A stretch of DNA of 64,000 nucleotides from a virus (taxonomy: Duplodnaviria; Caudoviricetes): positions 4,587 to 68,586 of IMG/VR virus record IMGVR_UViG_2609460070_000002. The stretch is one strand, 5' to 3'. The notes beneath the pieces are model-generated. The model did no database searches. It was not told the DNA's origin and worked only from the letters and a program-made list of their open reading frames with translations. Shown one piece after another: positions 36,945-46,798 of this stretch; positions within the stretch are counted from its first letter, which is position 1; each line of letters starts with the position of its first letter. The position numbers and the translations under genes are program-made.

Positions 36945-37513
36945 CTGCGCCCCTTCCGATTCCTACGCATCGGCCATCCGTAAAGCCTACGCATCTCTAT
37001 CAGGTGGCCTTCGCTGATCCCGTATTTCTGTGATACTTCGTTGAGCGGCATCTCGGAGGCATAATCCACCCCCATGGCGACCAATCGTTCCTCTCGAAGG
37101 CGGATCTGCTCTTGACCTTCTTGGGTCTGCCGAGCGGTATTTCGCCGAAGAGCGTTCATAACTGAGGTATGATCCCTGTCTCCGAAATGCCGTGCGGTTT
37201 GACCGAGAGAAAGACCGAACTTCTCTTTCACTTCGGCTATGAGTTGATGACGTGCCTCGACCAACAGTTTCTTGGTCTTGATGCTGATGATGTCCTCATA
37301 GCTGAACCCCAGTTCACCGGCCCGAAGCTTGATGTATGCCTTGGGATAATTGGGCAGTTCCGGCTCTAGGCGAGGCTTAACGGGCTTTGGTGCTTCACAC
37401 ACTACGGGAACCACGACACGCATGGGTTTGCCACGTAGACGCTTCGTGACGGCATTATACGAGGCGATGAGATCGGCTCCGGTGGTGAAGGTCTTGGCTT
37501 CAAGTTGCATCAT
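36941..37513 (-). CDS. DnaA domain IV-like HTH protein
   Basis: LV.ARH.L....GLSL....R.FG.RDHTSV..A matches the DnaA C-terminal signature. Confidence 0.8.
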   Translation of the reverse strand: MMQLEAKTFTTGADLIASYNAVTKRLRGKPMRVVVPVVCEAPKPVKPRLEPELPNYPKAYIKLRAGELGFSYEDIISIKTKKLLVEARHQLIAEVKEKFGLSLGQTARHFGDRDHTSVMNALRRNTARQTQEGQEQIRLREERLVAMGVDYASEMPLNEVSQKYGISEGHLIEMRRLYGWPMRRNRKGRR

Positions 37514-37809
37514 GCCGGCATCCTCCGGCGCTCGACTGCAATGACCTTTCCGCCACCCATGAAAATCTTCTCAGCAGCGGTTTTCGCGACGCTGTATTTG
37601 GTGCCGCCCATCGAAGATACGCCGGTGATAGGGCTATTGAGGTATTTGAAAAACTCCTCATTGGCAGCCTTGAGCGCTTCGATCTCCGTCGGGAAGATGA
37701 TGTCGTGCCGCCCATTACGCAGAACCGTGTTTTGGCTCTGGTGGACCTTGCGGTAATAAGCGATCCATCCAGTCTTGACGCGCTGTGCGCCCGCAGCGAA
37801 CTCGTTCAT
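37510..37809 (-). CDS. Hypothetical protein
   Basis: ATGA-coupled. Confidence 0.6.
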   Translation of the reverse strand: MNEFAAGAQRVKTGWIAYYRKVHQSQNTVLRNGRHDIIFPTEIEALKAANEEFFKYLNSPITGVSSMGGTKYSVAKTAAEKIFMGGGKVIAVERRRMPA

Positions 37810-38264
37810 GCCTGTTCCTTCCAAAGGCGATCGTCGATCACGGCTTCGGACCATGGCCGAATGCCTTCAGCCTCGACGGCTGCTATGTTTGTTTCACTCG
37901 CAAGGATGATGGTGGCCTGGTAGCAGTCGCCGATGCCGCCGACCCAGATCTTTGACGATAGGCGCTCGCGCAGCTCGGTATTGCCTTCGAAAACGATCTG
38001 GTCGCCTTCTCGGGACCATGCGTCGTATTCGCCGATCCGGTAGAACTTGCCGCTAGCCCAAAGCTGCTTCCGCAACGGCCCTTCCAGGTCTAGGCCTATG
38101 ATCCTGCCGCGCTTGGCGTCACGCTTGATCAGATCGAGGTTGGCGTTGACGACCTGCAGCACGTCCATTCGCTTCAGACCGGACATCGAGGCGATCTCGG
38201 CAATGGTCGTGAAAGCCTTGAACTTGAGGAGCGCGCGGATGGTGTTGAGGACGGGAGTGCTCAT
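37806..38264 (-). CDS. Hypothetical protein with N-terminal HTH
   Basis: TTIAEIASMSGLKRMDV; ATGA overlap with helicase. Confidence 0.6.
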   Translation of the reverse strand: MSTPVLNTIRALLKFKAFTTIAEIASMSGLKRMDVLQVVNANLDLIKRDAKRGRIIGLDLEGPLRKQLWASGKFYRIGEYDAWSREGDQIVFEGNTELRERLSSKIWVGGIGDCYQATIILASETNIAAVEAEGIRPWSEAVIDDRLWKEQA

Positions 38265-39709
38265 AGGAAAAGCTCCCGCGCGTTCTGCTGTTGCTTGTAG
38301 GAGGGCCCGTAGCTGGTCGAATTGCCGTTCCATGCGATATCTCGGCGGCGTGGGAATTCGCTTTCTCGAGACAGAGATAGAAGGATTTCAGCTTTGCCTT
38401 CCGTCTGATCCATCAGTTCGCGCCAGACATTCCAGTCTGATGTGCCTTCGCCTGGCTCCATGCCGGCCAGGATCGGCCGTGGCTGAAATGGGATCAGGAC
38501 TTGGTCGGCGTCCTTATCGAGATTTCCCAACAGGTCGCGATAGGTTGGCCGGCGATAGAGAACCGCCTTGAGCCTCTCCTCGGCGGTACGGCCCTGATAA
38601 TCTTGGAATGCAGACTTCTTAAGGTGGGTGAGCGCCACAATCGGAATATCCAATTCCATCGACAGATCTTTGAGCGCCGACGTCGCGACATGCGCCTGTT
38701 TATGCTCTTCGGCTTCTGCCATCCTGCCTTCCCATCGGAATTTTCCGATATGGTCGGCGAAGGCTGCGCCGATGTTGTGCGATTTCTTCAGGGATCGTGC
38801 TTTCTTGCAAAACTGATCAAGCGTCATGCGCCGGCAGTCGATTTCGATGTGATGCAGACCCTTCATCTCGACGCCGGCACGAATGAGCATTTCGATCTCA
38901 TCGCCGGTGACCTTCTTCAGTTTTTGCTGACGGGCAGAAACGCCTGTTCGTCTCGCCTTTTCCCTCATGAGGATTTGGTCGACGGTCATTTCGCCGCTGA
39001 ACAGAAAAATAGGGTTATCGCGAGCCATCTCGAACATGCATTGCATCGCCATGGCCGTTTTACCCTGCTTGACGCCGCCTCCGATTATGATGAGCTGGCC
39101 GTTCTGCCACGGCCCCGTCAGCTGCATGACTTCCGGTATTCCTGGGTTAATGCCGGATACCGACGATCCCTGACCTGCGGTGACGTCTAGAGTGCGATCA
39201 ATGGCGTCCGATAGGGAGAAGGTTGATTCCTCGCCCTGAAGGCTCTGTGTGATCTCCGCAAGCCTCTGTCGAAGCGCTGCCACGTCATCCGGTATCCGAA
39301 GCTCTTCCTCGAATGCGATCTGCCGAAGATCGTCGGCGAGGCTGTGCAGGTCCCGGCGTGCAGCGGCGCTTGTGATGGCGGCGCATAGATCGGGAATGAC
39401 GAGGAAGCCGACAGCCTCGCCCATAAGCATGGACATGTATTGCGGGAGGGTAAAATCCCCGACGCGCTCGGCCGGAAGCATACCCTTGAGGGTGATAGGG
39501 CTGAACGTCTTGCCACCTGCCCGAAGCTCAACCATGGCCTCGAACATTTTGCGATGAAGCTGCTCTTCGAAATGTCGCGCCTCGAAATTGCTCGGGATCG
39601 CCTCGATGCAGTCATTCTTCATGAGGAGAGCGCCAAGAAGGGCCTGTTCGGCCTCTATGGCATCGGGGAGAGTTGGATAGACGTGGATGTCTCGCGGTTG
39701 GGCGTTCAT
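38261..39709 (-). CDS. dnaB: DnaB-like replicative helicase
   Basis: EAEQALLGALL N-domain, G...QGKT Walker A, FS.EM, LK.L..EL.IPIVAL, RP..DL...DAD. Confidence 0.9.
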   Translation of the reverse strand: MNAQPRDIHVYPTLPDAIEAEQALLGALLMKNDCIEAIPSNFEARHFEEQLHRKMFEAMVELRAGGKTFSPITLKGMLPAERVGDFTLPQYMSMLMGEAVGFLVIPDLCAAITSAAARRDLHSLADDLRQIAFEEELRIPDDVAALRQRLAEITQSLQGEESTFSLSDAIDRTLDVTAGQGSSVSGINPGIPEVMQLTGPWQNGQLIIIGGGVKQGKTAMAMQCMFEMARDNPIFLFSGEMTVDQILMREKARRTGVSARQQKLKKVTGDEIEMLIRAGVEMKGLHHIEIDCRRMTLDQFCKKARSLKKSHNIGAAFADHIGKFRWEGRMAEAEEHKQAHVATSALKDLSMELDIPIVALTHLKKSAFQDYQGRTAEERLKAVLYRRPTYRDLLGNLDKDADQVLIPFQPRPILAGMEPGEGTSDWNVWRELMDQTEGKAEILLSLSRESEFPRRRDIAWNGNSTSYGPSYKQQQNARELFL

Positions 39710-40680
39710 GCGGCGCCATCCATGGCGAACAGGTTGACGGTCTTAGCCTCGTCTAGCTCGGCAATGTTGCGTACGGCCTGGCGGAAATAGGAGGGCTTAA
39801 GCTCAAAGCCGATACCCTTCCGGCCGGCCGCCACGGCCCCAAAGACCTCGCTCCCGATCCCGAGGAATGGCGTCAAAACCACATCTCCAGGATTGCTCCA
39901 CAATTCAATGCACCGCTCGATGACGTCGAGCTGCAGCGGGGAAATATGCTGTTCGTCTTTCTCGTCCCGGCCGGCGCGGTACTGCAGAGTGCGCGTCTGG
40001 TTGATATCCATCCACACGGGCGAGGCATAACGCTGCCACACCTCGATCGAAAACCACTTTTCAGCGTCAGACGATGATTTGCCGGATGCGATCCGGCTTC
40101 CAACGCTGGCCGGCTCGTTGCCATAACCGACGTACCGATCAAACATGCCGTCGACCGGCTCCGGATTGTCCCCCGGCTTACGGAACATCAGCATGTAGTC
40201 GGCAAGCCCCTGCCCGCTGATCGTGCTGTCTTTCGTAATTTGCTTGTGAAGCAGGCGGATCGACTTGGTGCGCTGCTGCGCGACGACCGGGTCTTTCCAG
40301 ATGCAGACTTCCGAATGGAAGATCCAGCCAGCGTCCTCATAGGCGCGGACGATCTCGCCGCGAAAGTCGCGCATGCCGATATGGCCGTGCCTGATCTTGC
40401 TGGTGGGAAGCTGCATGCAATGAACGGCATGGATGCGCCCAGGCATCGTCACGCGCAGAAGCTCTTGGATGAGGAACTGGTAGTGGATCCAGAACCCGTC
40501 CGTATCGTTGTTTGAAATGTCCCGATCGAAATTGCTGAACTTGTACAGTCCCTCGAACGGCGGCGAGTGAATGCCGAAGTGAATGGTATCGGTCGGGATG
40601 CCGCGGATAAGGTCGCAGCTATCGCCCTGATAAATCGCATATCGGTCAGTGACGACCTGTTCGATTGCCTTGATGTTCAT
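39706..40680 (-). CDS. DNA N4-cytosine/N6-adenine methyltransferase (beta class)
   Basis: SPPF catalytic motif precedes VL.PF.GIGS SAM motif; G.EL..SY. Confidence 0.9.
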   Translation of the reverse strand: MNIKAIEQVVTDRYAIYQGDSCDLIRGIPTDTIHFGIHSPPFEGLYKFSNFDRDISNNDTDGFWIHYQFLIQELLRVTMPGRIHAVHCMQLPTSKIRHGHIGMRDFRGEIVRAYEDAGWIFHSEVCIWKDPVVAQQRTKSIRLLHKQITKDSTISGQGLADYMLMFRKPGDNPEPVDGMFDRYVGYGNEPASVGSRIASGKSSSDAEKWFSIEVWQRYASPVWMDINQTRTLQYRAGRDEKDEQHISPLQLDVIERCIELWSNPGDVVLTPFLGIGSEVFGAVAAGRKGIGFELKPSYFRQAVRNIAELDEAKTVNLFAMDGAA

Positions 40681-42065
40681 GCTGCTTCTCCCGTCAGCCA
40701 TTCCGGTACGGTCATTGTGACTTGCGGGTCGTAGTCTGGTCTGTCGCGCACCATGCCGCGCACTTGCTGGCTGGATAGGTCCGCCATGTGCATGACCATG
40801 GCCGCAGCCATGCGTTCGGCGTCTGCTTCCTTACGGCGGAGATTGGAGACGACCGCGCCCTCCATCTCGGAGGCGATGAAATGGACGTTCACGGGCTTGG
40901 TTTGCCCGAATCGCCAGAAGCGGCGGACGGACTGGTAAACCTGCTCGAAGCTGTCATTGAGCCCGACAAACCCGGTATCGGCGCAGTGCTGCCAGTTCAT
41001 CCCGAACCCGGCGATTGATGGCTTCGTGATCAAGACGCGGATGCGGCCTTCGGAGAAATCCACCATCTTCCGCTCTTTCGCGTCGTCTGGATCGGAGCCT
41101 GTGAGGTTGACCGCGCCGGGGATGGCCTTCGCCAATCCCTCCGCCTCGCCGTTCATGTTGCACCACCAGACGAAAGGGCGATCGGTAGGCGTGATGGACG
41201 CAGCAAGCCCCACCCGATCCCCTACGCTGTCCCTGCGGGCGCATATCCGCTCCTGCATCGTGCGGGCTTCCATCGGGAACAAGAGGCCGGTTTCCATGCT
41301 TGGCGCATAGTCGACCTGCACCTGATGCGACGTGTAGCGAAGCGGCGGCAGATCATAGCCGGCGTTGTCGTAGCCAAGATCAGACGGCTGGCGGAGCATG
41401 ACCGACCACGATGCCATCCATTTCCAGAACTCGGTCTCGGCGTGGCCTTTGAGGCGCCATTTTTGCGTGTCGCCTCCGTCGTGGGTGAAGAACGTGGCGA
41501 GCATGTCGGTGTAGGACATGACGCCCAGGAACTCGGCATGATTTCCAAGCTCCATGAAGTCGTTGGGAGCCGGCGTTGCCGTGGCAGCCAGTCGGAACGG
41601 AACGCTTGAGCAGTCATGAATGAGCTTGGTTCGATATTTCCCTTCGGTGCTCTTGAGGATCGAGCTCTCATCGAGCGCGATACCGCCGAACCCGTCCATA
41701 TCGAAGTGCTCGACCTTCTGGTAATTGGTGATGTCGATCGCCTCGCCTGACTGATGCGTCACGACCGAAGCTGACATGCCGAACTTTGACGCCTCCCGGC
41801 TATGCTGCATGCTGACAGCCAACGGTGCCAGGATAAGCACGGGGCGGCGCGTCTCCCGCGCTACCTCCTTCGCCCATACCAATTCCATTAGCGTCTTGCC
41901 GAGGCCGGTTCCGGCGAAGATGGCAGCACGACCGCGGCGAAGAGCCCACTGGGTAATGTCGCGCTGATGAGGCTTGAAGAAATCTGGTAACTCAAGGGTG
42001 CCTGCGACCCCTGTCGGGAGGTCATAGATGCGCTTCTTGGCGAGGAAATCGGCGTAGGTGTTCAT
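40677..42065 (-). CDS. SF2 (SNF2-like) helicase
   Basis: GTGLGKT, DESS, TATP.PND, G.G.N.Q, Q.VRR.WRFGQ. Confidence 0.9.
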   Translation of the reverse strand: MNTYADFLAKKRIYDLPTGVAGTLELPDFFKPHQRDITQWALRRGRAAIFAGTGLGKTLMELVWAKEVARETRRPVLILAPLAVSMQHSREASKFGMSASVVTHQSGEAIDITNYQKVEHFDMDGFGGIALDESSILKSTEGKYRTKLIHDCSSVPFRLAATATPAPNDFMELGNHAEFLGVMSYTDMLATFFTHDGGDTQKWRLKGHAETEFWKWMASWSVMLRQPSDLGYDNAGYDLPPLRYTSHQVQVDYAPSMETGLLFPMEARTMQERICARRDSVGDRVGLAASITPTDRPFVWWCNMNGEAEGLAKAIPGAVNLTGSDPDDAKERKMVDFSEGRIRVLITKPSIAGFGMNWQHCADTGFVGLNDSFEQVYQSVRRFWRFGQTKPVNVHFIASEMEGAVVSNLRRKEADAERMAAAMVMHMADLSSQQVRGMVRDRPDYDPQVTMTVPEWLTGEAA

Positions 42066-42685
42066 GCCGCCGCTCCCCGCTTCTGCTCATATGCTCCGGT
42101 GCGAAGTTCTATGAAGCGCTTCTGCATCCAGTCGATCTGAGGGACTTCTGCCTTGTGCCAGCAGGTACAGACGCCAACGGCCTCTGCTGCGTCTCTCTGC
42201 TCAGCCTTGGTCGAAGGAAGGGCTATCTGTTCGCGCTGGCATGTCTCGATAGCCAGGTCTTTCCAGTCTTTGCCCTCGGCAGGCTTGACACCTTTGCCGT
42301 AGTAGACGGAGCGCCATGACGTAGCAGCGATGGTTCCGTAAGGAATGCCGCGGATCTGGCAGATCGCGATGACGGCGCCGGCGATGCCCGTAAGCTGCAA
42401 TGCCGCCGGATTGATCGTCATGACCGTCTTCTCTTCGCCGGTCAGATCAGGTCTGCCCTTTTTCGCGAACTGACGGACGCCATGCTCAGGTCGCTCGATC
42501 GCCACGAAGTCGGGGTGATGTTCCTTCACGAGACGATAGAAGAGATTGGCCGCAACGGCATATTTCTCTTCCCACGTATATTCCTTGACAGAGAATGTGC
42601 CGCAGATGATGGATGAACGATGGCGCGTGCTGTCACGGAAAGCGTATCCGCTCGAACTGGCAAGATCTAAGCCGCAAACAATCAT
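42062..42685 (-). CDS. RuvC-like Holliday junction resolvase
   Basis: GLDLA..SG.A, VAIE.P, D.AEA.G acidic motifs. Confidence 0.75.
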   Translation of the reverse strand: MIVCGLDLASSSGYAFRDSTRHRSSIICGTFSVKEYTWEEKYAVAANLFYRLVKEHHPDFVAIERPEHGVRQFAKKGRPDLTGEEKTVMTINPAALQLTGIAGAVIAICQIRGIPYGTIAATSWRSVYYGKGVKPAEGKDWKDLAIETCQREQIALPSTKAEQRDAAEAVGVCTCWHKAEVPQIDWMQKRFIELRTGAYEQKRGAAA

Positions 42686-43359
42686 GCTCGCTGCCCTCCG
42701 CCGATCACCATCTCTCGAGGCCGATAAGCCAACCTGTGATGGAACGTGCAATATGGACGGCCATCCTCTGCTTGGATTCCGCAACATGGCATATCGGCGT
42801 CAGAAGCCTCGTCAGCGCGCGAAATCGGAAACTTGCACTGTTGGGTCGTCAGGTCGACAAACCGCACGCTACGGGCTCCAGGGAAGGCAAGCTGCGAACT
42901 ATCAAAGCCTCGATCGGCTCTCTCGTTTGCTTTCCCCTCCCGATCGGCACGCCTCACTAGAGCCGCAGCTCTTGCATTTGTCCCGCTATTGGGTCGGACA
43001 CGCTCGGGGAAATGATGCGGATAGCGCTTCACGGCATCAAACATGGCGGAACGAGATACATCCATGATCTTCGCCATATCGGGAATAGTCGTATTCCGTG
43101 CCCAGAGAGCCGCAGACTTCATCAGGCGCTCGCCGGTCCATTCCAGACGAGGCTTGTTCTTCTTCACGCCAAGGTGAGGAGATGGACGCTTTAGACGAGA
43201 CGGGAACCGCTCTCGGTTGCGATCCGCCATGCCAAGCATCGAATTACGGGACACGCCGATCTTTTCCGCGATCTCGGTTCCTGAATGACCTTTCGACCAC
43301 ATGTCGGCAGCGGTTTGCATAGTCTCGTCTGTCCATTTGAAATATTGGGTGCCGTCCAT
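42682..43359 (-). CDS. gcrA: GcrA-like regulator with duplicated HTH
   Basis: WTDE....W..G.S..EIA..G.SRN..G and L...QC.FP..CG...G.PYC..H..LAY. Confidence 0.8.
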   Translation of the reverse strand: MDGTQYFKWTDETMQTAADMWSKGHSGTEIAEKIGVSRNSMLGMADRNRERFPSRLKRPSPHLGVKKNKPRLEWTGERLMKSAALWARNTTIPDMAKIMDVSRSAMFDAVKRYPHHFPERVRPNSGTNARAAALVRRADREGKANERADRGFDSSQLAFPGARSVRFVDLTTQQCKFPISRADEASDADMPCCGIQAEDGRPYCTFHHRLAYRPREMVIGGGQRA

Positions 43360-43424
43360 GGTGCCCTCGATGAAACATCAATTTTGGAGAGAGAAAGCTC
43401 CAGACATTTGCGTCTGGATAATTG

Positions 43425-43453
43425 GCCCGCGCCGGGAGGAGGAAAGCGCGGGC
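43425..43453 (-). ncRNA. Cuckoo-type hairpin (CCUCCUCCC loop)
   Basis: GCCCGCGC-TTTCCTCCTCCCG-GCGCGGGC perfect 8-bp stem, intergenic. Confidence 0.55.
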
Positions 43454-43464
43454 TCGGGAGGAAA

Positions 43465-44019
43465 TCAGTTCACGCGGCCCGTCGGCGCAGCGTTTTCCCA
43501 ATCGTCGTCGGAAGCCGGCGGCGCTTCTTTGTCGGCAGCGGCAGCAATGCGGGCTTCGAAGTCAGGGAGAACGGTTTCGTATTCCTTGGCGCCGGCGTCG
43601 TAGCTTTCCAGCCAGAGGCGATCATCTGAACTGCCGCCGTCGAAACCGGAGACGCGGTCAAGACCGTTCAGGCCGGCATGGAAGCCTTTGGCCTGGACAA
43701 GCTGTTCGCCGCTGACACGATTGGAGAGGAGATCACCTTGGGGATCTTCGTGGATATAGCCCAACCAAGACAGGTTTTCGCGTTCAGAGCGGAGCTTGTC
43801 GACTGGCTTCTGCTGATCCTCGGCGAGGAATGATTTCAGATAGTGGTCAAGCTTTTGAGACGGGAAGCCGGCGGCCTTCGCGTTCTGCCGGTTCGATTTT
43901 TTCTGCTCATTGAGCTCGCGGATCTTCGCCGCGATGTCTCGGTCTTTCCGATGGTAGTAGCTGAACGAAACTCTGCGTTCGCGGTCAGCCTTCGAATTGT
44001 CGCCTGCCAATGCTGTCAT
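43465..44019 (-). CDS. Hypothetical protein (weakly GapR-like N-terminus)
   Basis: IRELNEQKK...AKAAGF...L; C-terminal G..AG..G..W...Y..G motif. Confidence 0.6.
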   Translation of the reverse strand: MTALAGDNSKADRERRVSFSYYHRKDRDIAAKIRELNEQKKSNRQNAKAAGFPSQKLDHYLKSFLAEDQQKPVDKLRSERENLSWLGYIHEDPQGDLLSNRVSGEQLVQAKGFHAGLNGLDRVSGFDGGSSDDRLWLESYDAGAKEYETVLPDFEARIAAAADKEAPPASDDDWENAAPTGRVN

Positions 44020-44368
44020 TTTTCAAGTCCTCTTTACGCTGGTTGAGTTTGGCTTCCAGGGCTTCGATCTGTTGGTCGAAGTCCCAGATGTTCATGCCTT
44101 CGTCTTTGGCCTCTTCGGCCTCAAGCTCAGCTTGCATTTCTGCAATCATCCTGCGGAGTTGCGCCTTGTAGGCTTCTCGGATGTTGATGGCATCGCGCAG
44201 TTCGGTGGCTTTGGTTTCACCGTTGATCAGGCGACGGAGCGACCGAGGCTGCATCCCGCACTTCCGCGCGACTGTCGCCACGGCGCTCATCCGGTTCCCG
44301 CTAGAGCGAGCTACACGATCGACCATCCGTCCGACTGCTCCCCTGATATTGTCAACTGTGGTGGTCAT
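43985..44368 (-). CDS. HTH + coiled-coil protein
   Basis: VARKCGMQPRSLRRLINGE. Confidence 0.65.
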   Translation of the reverse strand: MTTTVDNIRGAVGRMVDRVARSSGNRMSAVATVARKCGMQPRSLRRLINGETKATELRDAINIREAYKAQLRRMIAEMQAELEAEEAKDEGMNIWDFDQQIEALEAKLNQRKEDLKNDSIGRRQFEG

Positions 44369-44452
44369 TTTTCCCGTTTCGGAAGGTCTGTCGGAAAAAT
44401 CCGAAGCTTTTGGTCACAAAAAAGGACGCCGCCATGGGCGCCCTATTTCAAC

Positions 44453-44848
44453 TCAGGTGCGATAAATAATCCCAGCCATCGCCCGGAACGCATCAACCAG
44501 CGGCCGATAGAAATCCGCCTGTGGTCCAGCCAGGAGGGCGTCTGCTTTTGCGATGAGTTCATCAATTTCTCTGACTTCTGCGCGGCCATAGGTGATCCCT
44601 GCCTTTTCCTCGATGACCCGCAATTCTTCTGCAGAGATCGATACGCGCGGGTCTGCGTACCAAACGTCTTTTGCACGGGTGAAGGACCAACCGAGCCGAC
44701 GAGCGGCCAAGCGGATGCGGTCTTTCACGTTCTCGGCACTCCCCTTGGGAGCGACGTATTTTTTCAAAGCTGTTGAAGCAAAATCGACGCTAGACATTTC
44801 TGATTTTTCCAACTGGTTTTCGGACATTTTCGAATTTCCCTGATCCAT
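44453..44848 (-). CDS. HTH regulator (CII-like position)
   Basis: AARRLGWSFTRAKDVWY. Confidence 0.65.
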   Translation of the reverse strand: MDQGNSKMSENQLEKSEMSSVDFASTALKKYVAPKGSAENVKDRIRLAARRLGWSFTRAKDVWYADPRVSISAEELRVIEEKAGITYGRAEVREIDELIAKADALLAGPQADFYRPLVDAFRAMAGIIYRT

Positions 44849-44885
44849 TATTCATCCGTGGCCAGGGATTGATTGCGTAAGCGGT

Positions 44886-45158
44886 TCAGGAGCCACCCAA
44901 AGGAGACAGCCTGTAATGGTCATCAACCGTCCCACCCGTACGAACGGCCTGCCAGCCAAACGAAGCGAGAAACGCGTTGATGCGAACGATGAAATTGAGA
45001 AATGAGACGAACGGAGAAACAGGGTCGGCGCCGGGAAGCAGTCCGACCTTCTCCATCACGAATTTTCCAGATACCCAGAATGGATAGGCTTCATTGAGGA
45101 CGTCGAGAACCGCGCCTTCGAAACCAGCCATAGGCTCAAGCTTGAGAGCAGGCATCAA
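44886..45158 (-). CDS. Winged-helix-like hypothetical protein
   Basis: L...YP.WVS..I.RIN.L...GW...YRL pattern. Confidence 0.55.
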   Translation of the reverse strand: MMPALKLEPMAGFEGAVLDVLNEAYPFWVSGKFVMEKVGLLPGADPVSPFVSFLNFIVRINAFLASFGWQAVRTGGTVDDHYRLSPLGGS

Positions 45159-45364
45159 CGGCCCTCCCCGTGAAACTCATCCTCAAGGGCGCGAAGGCTG
45201 AAATTCTGAAGATCACCTTCCGATGCTCCCGGTTCTTCACCACCGAGAGATTGCCCATACATGAGCTTTCCAAGAGCGCGAATGATCATGACGACGACCA
45301 TGGCCATGACGAACATTCCGAAGGCCACTCCGGCCCACTGAAGGCCAAGCAGGAAATCAGACAT
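45155..45364 (-). CDS. Small membrane protein
   Basis: N-terminal TM segment; coupled. Confidence 0.55.
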   Translation of the reverse strand: MSDFLLGLQWAGVAFGMFVMAMVVVMIIRALGKLMYGQSLGGEEPGASEGDLQNFSLRALEDEFHGEGR

Positions 45365-45690
45365 GACGCCCTCCCCGACGCGTTGGTCGCGAAAATGGGA
45401 GGATGACGGCGCTGCGCTCTTCCTCTTCGCGGGAAATCCGACCGGAGATTGCGAAGCAAAAAGCCACCGCTGCCGTGACAGAAAAGCCGATGATAACGAT
45501 TGATGCTAAGAGCAGTTCAGAAGTCACACTCATGCCACGCTGCCCGGTCTCTCGACCTGCTTGCGATCAGCCGCGACGTTGCGCTCTACAGCGCGGCGTG
45601 CGACGGCGTTTTCCGGTTCGTTTGGAAATTCATCGACAAAGCGATCACGGAAGTCTTCAAGCCAATCACGGCCAACAGGTTCACGGTTCT

Positions 45691-46065
45691 TCATGCCCCG
45701 CTCCCGACATCTTCGAAAATATGCTTGGTGACGATGTTCAGGCCACCATCTGCGCGCTCGGCGATCACCCGGTCGGCGATCTTCTCCACGTATTGTCGGT
45801 CGGACAGCGGCGGTTCGACCCTCGTATGGTCCGCAAGTCGGCCATTAGCCTTCACTTCAGCGACTGCGCCGCCGTCCGATTCAAAATTGGGATGGGTCGG
45901 CACGACATAGAGCTGCCAGGCCAGAGGCTCTTCGCCAGTCGCCAGACCATCCCACGCGCCGCGCTTTTCGTTCCATCTGGTGACGCAGACCTTTTCGCAC
46001 TTCGTGGCGAGCCAGAGACGGCGGTCTTGAGGGGCTTGGTAAATGTCGCGGTTCCATTGGCTCAT
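45691..46065 (-). CDS. Hypothetical protein (DUF551-like N-terminus)
   Basis: W..DI..AP.DR.LWL..W....P.AW. Confidence 0.55.
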   Translation of the reverse strand: MSQWNRDIYQAPQDRRLWLATKCEKVCVTRWNEKRGAWDGLATGEEPLAWQLYVVPTHPNFESDGGAVAEVKANGRLADHTRVEPPLSDRQYVEKIADRVIAERADGGLNIVTKHIFEDVGSGA

Positions 46066-46574
46066 CTTGCACCGCCCGCGCGCCATTCAGCCGGAAGCTT
46101 GGACACATTCGCCCTCGCCTTCTTTGAGCGCTGCTTTTTGGAGATCTTGGAAATTTGAAAACGCAACGTGTAGATGTCGCGAACCTTCGGGCTGGCCTCG
46201 ATATGATCCGACCAAAGCGTCGTCGCTGCCTTCCAATAGTCGTCCAGGCTCTTCAGGCGGCTGACCTTGACGCCGTTGGCACCAAGGAATGCACGGACGC
46301 TCACCTCGGCCTCAGACAAGCCTCCCTGATCGCTCCTGGCCTTCGCAGCCAGTCCAGAACGGATGAATTGCTCAAGGCGCCCCAAGAGCTTGCTGCCGTT
46401 CTCGTCCGACATGTCGTTGAAGTCGAAGCCGCCGAAATTGGTCAGCTTCTCGTCATCGAGGTCGGCGGCAACAGCGACAGCGGCCCAATAGATCGTCATG
46501 CTTTCTTCGGTGAGCTTGGCTCGCTGGAACTGCAGGCGCTTGGAGCAGAGGGGGAAGCCGGAGACGTTGATCAT
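46062..46574 (-). CDS. Hypothetical protein
   Basis: ATGA-coupled to cro; start uncertain. Confidence 0.55.
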   Translation of the reverse strand: MINVSGFPLCSKRLQFQRAKLTEESMTIYWAAVAVAADLDDEKLTNFGGFDFNDMSDENGSKLLGRLEQFIRSGLAAKARSDQGGLSEAEVSVRAFLGANGVKVSRLKSLDDYWKAATTLWSDHIEASPKVRDIYTLRFQISKISKKQRSKKARANVSKLPAEWRAGGAR

Positions 46575-46798
46575 GCTGCGGTCTCCGACTTGCCGAACAC
46601 GTCCGGACGTAGGTCATGACGGGAGACAGCGCCACCCGTCACACGCTCAACTTGAAGCGCCTTTTCAACGCTGATGTGTTTCGCATCGGAGAGAAGCCAT
46701 GAGATGTACTGCTGAGAGCAGCCAATCGCCTGGGCCAGCTTTACCTGCGATCCGTGGGCCTCGATGGCCCTTTCAATGTGTGTGCGAAAATCCGTCAT
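46571..46798 (-). CDS. cro: Cro-like repressor (YdaS family)
   Basis: GSQ.KLA.AIG.SQQ.IS.., IE..TGG.V.R.DLRPD.F; divergent from cI. Confidence 0.9.
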   Translation of the reverse strand: MTDFRTHIERAIEAHGSQVKLAQAIGCSQQYISWLLSDAKHISVEKALQVERVTGGAVSRHDLRPDVFGKSETAA

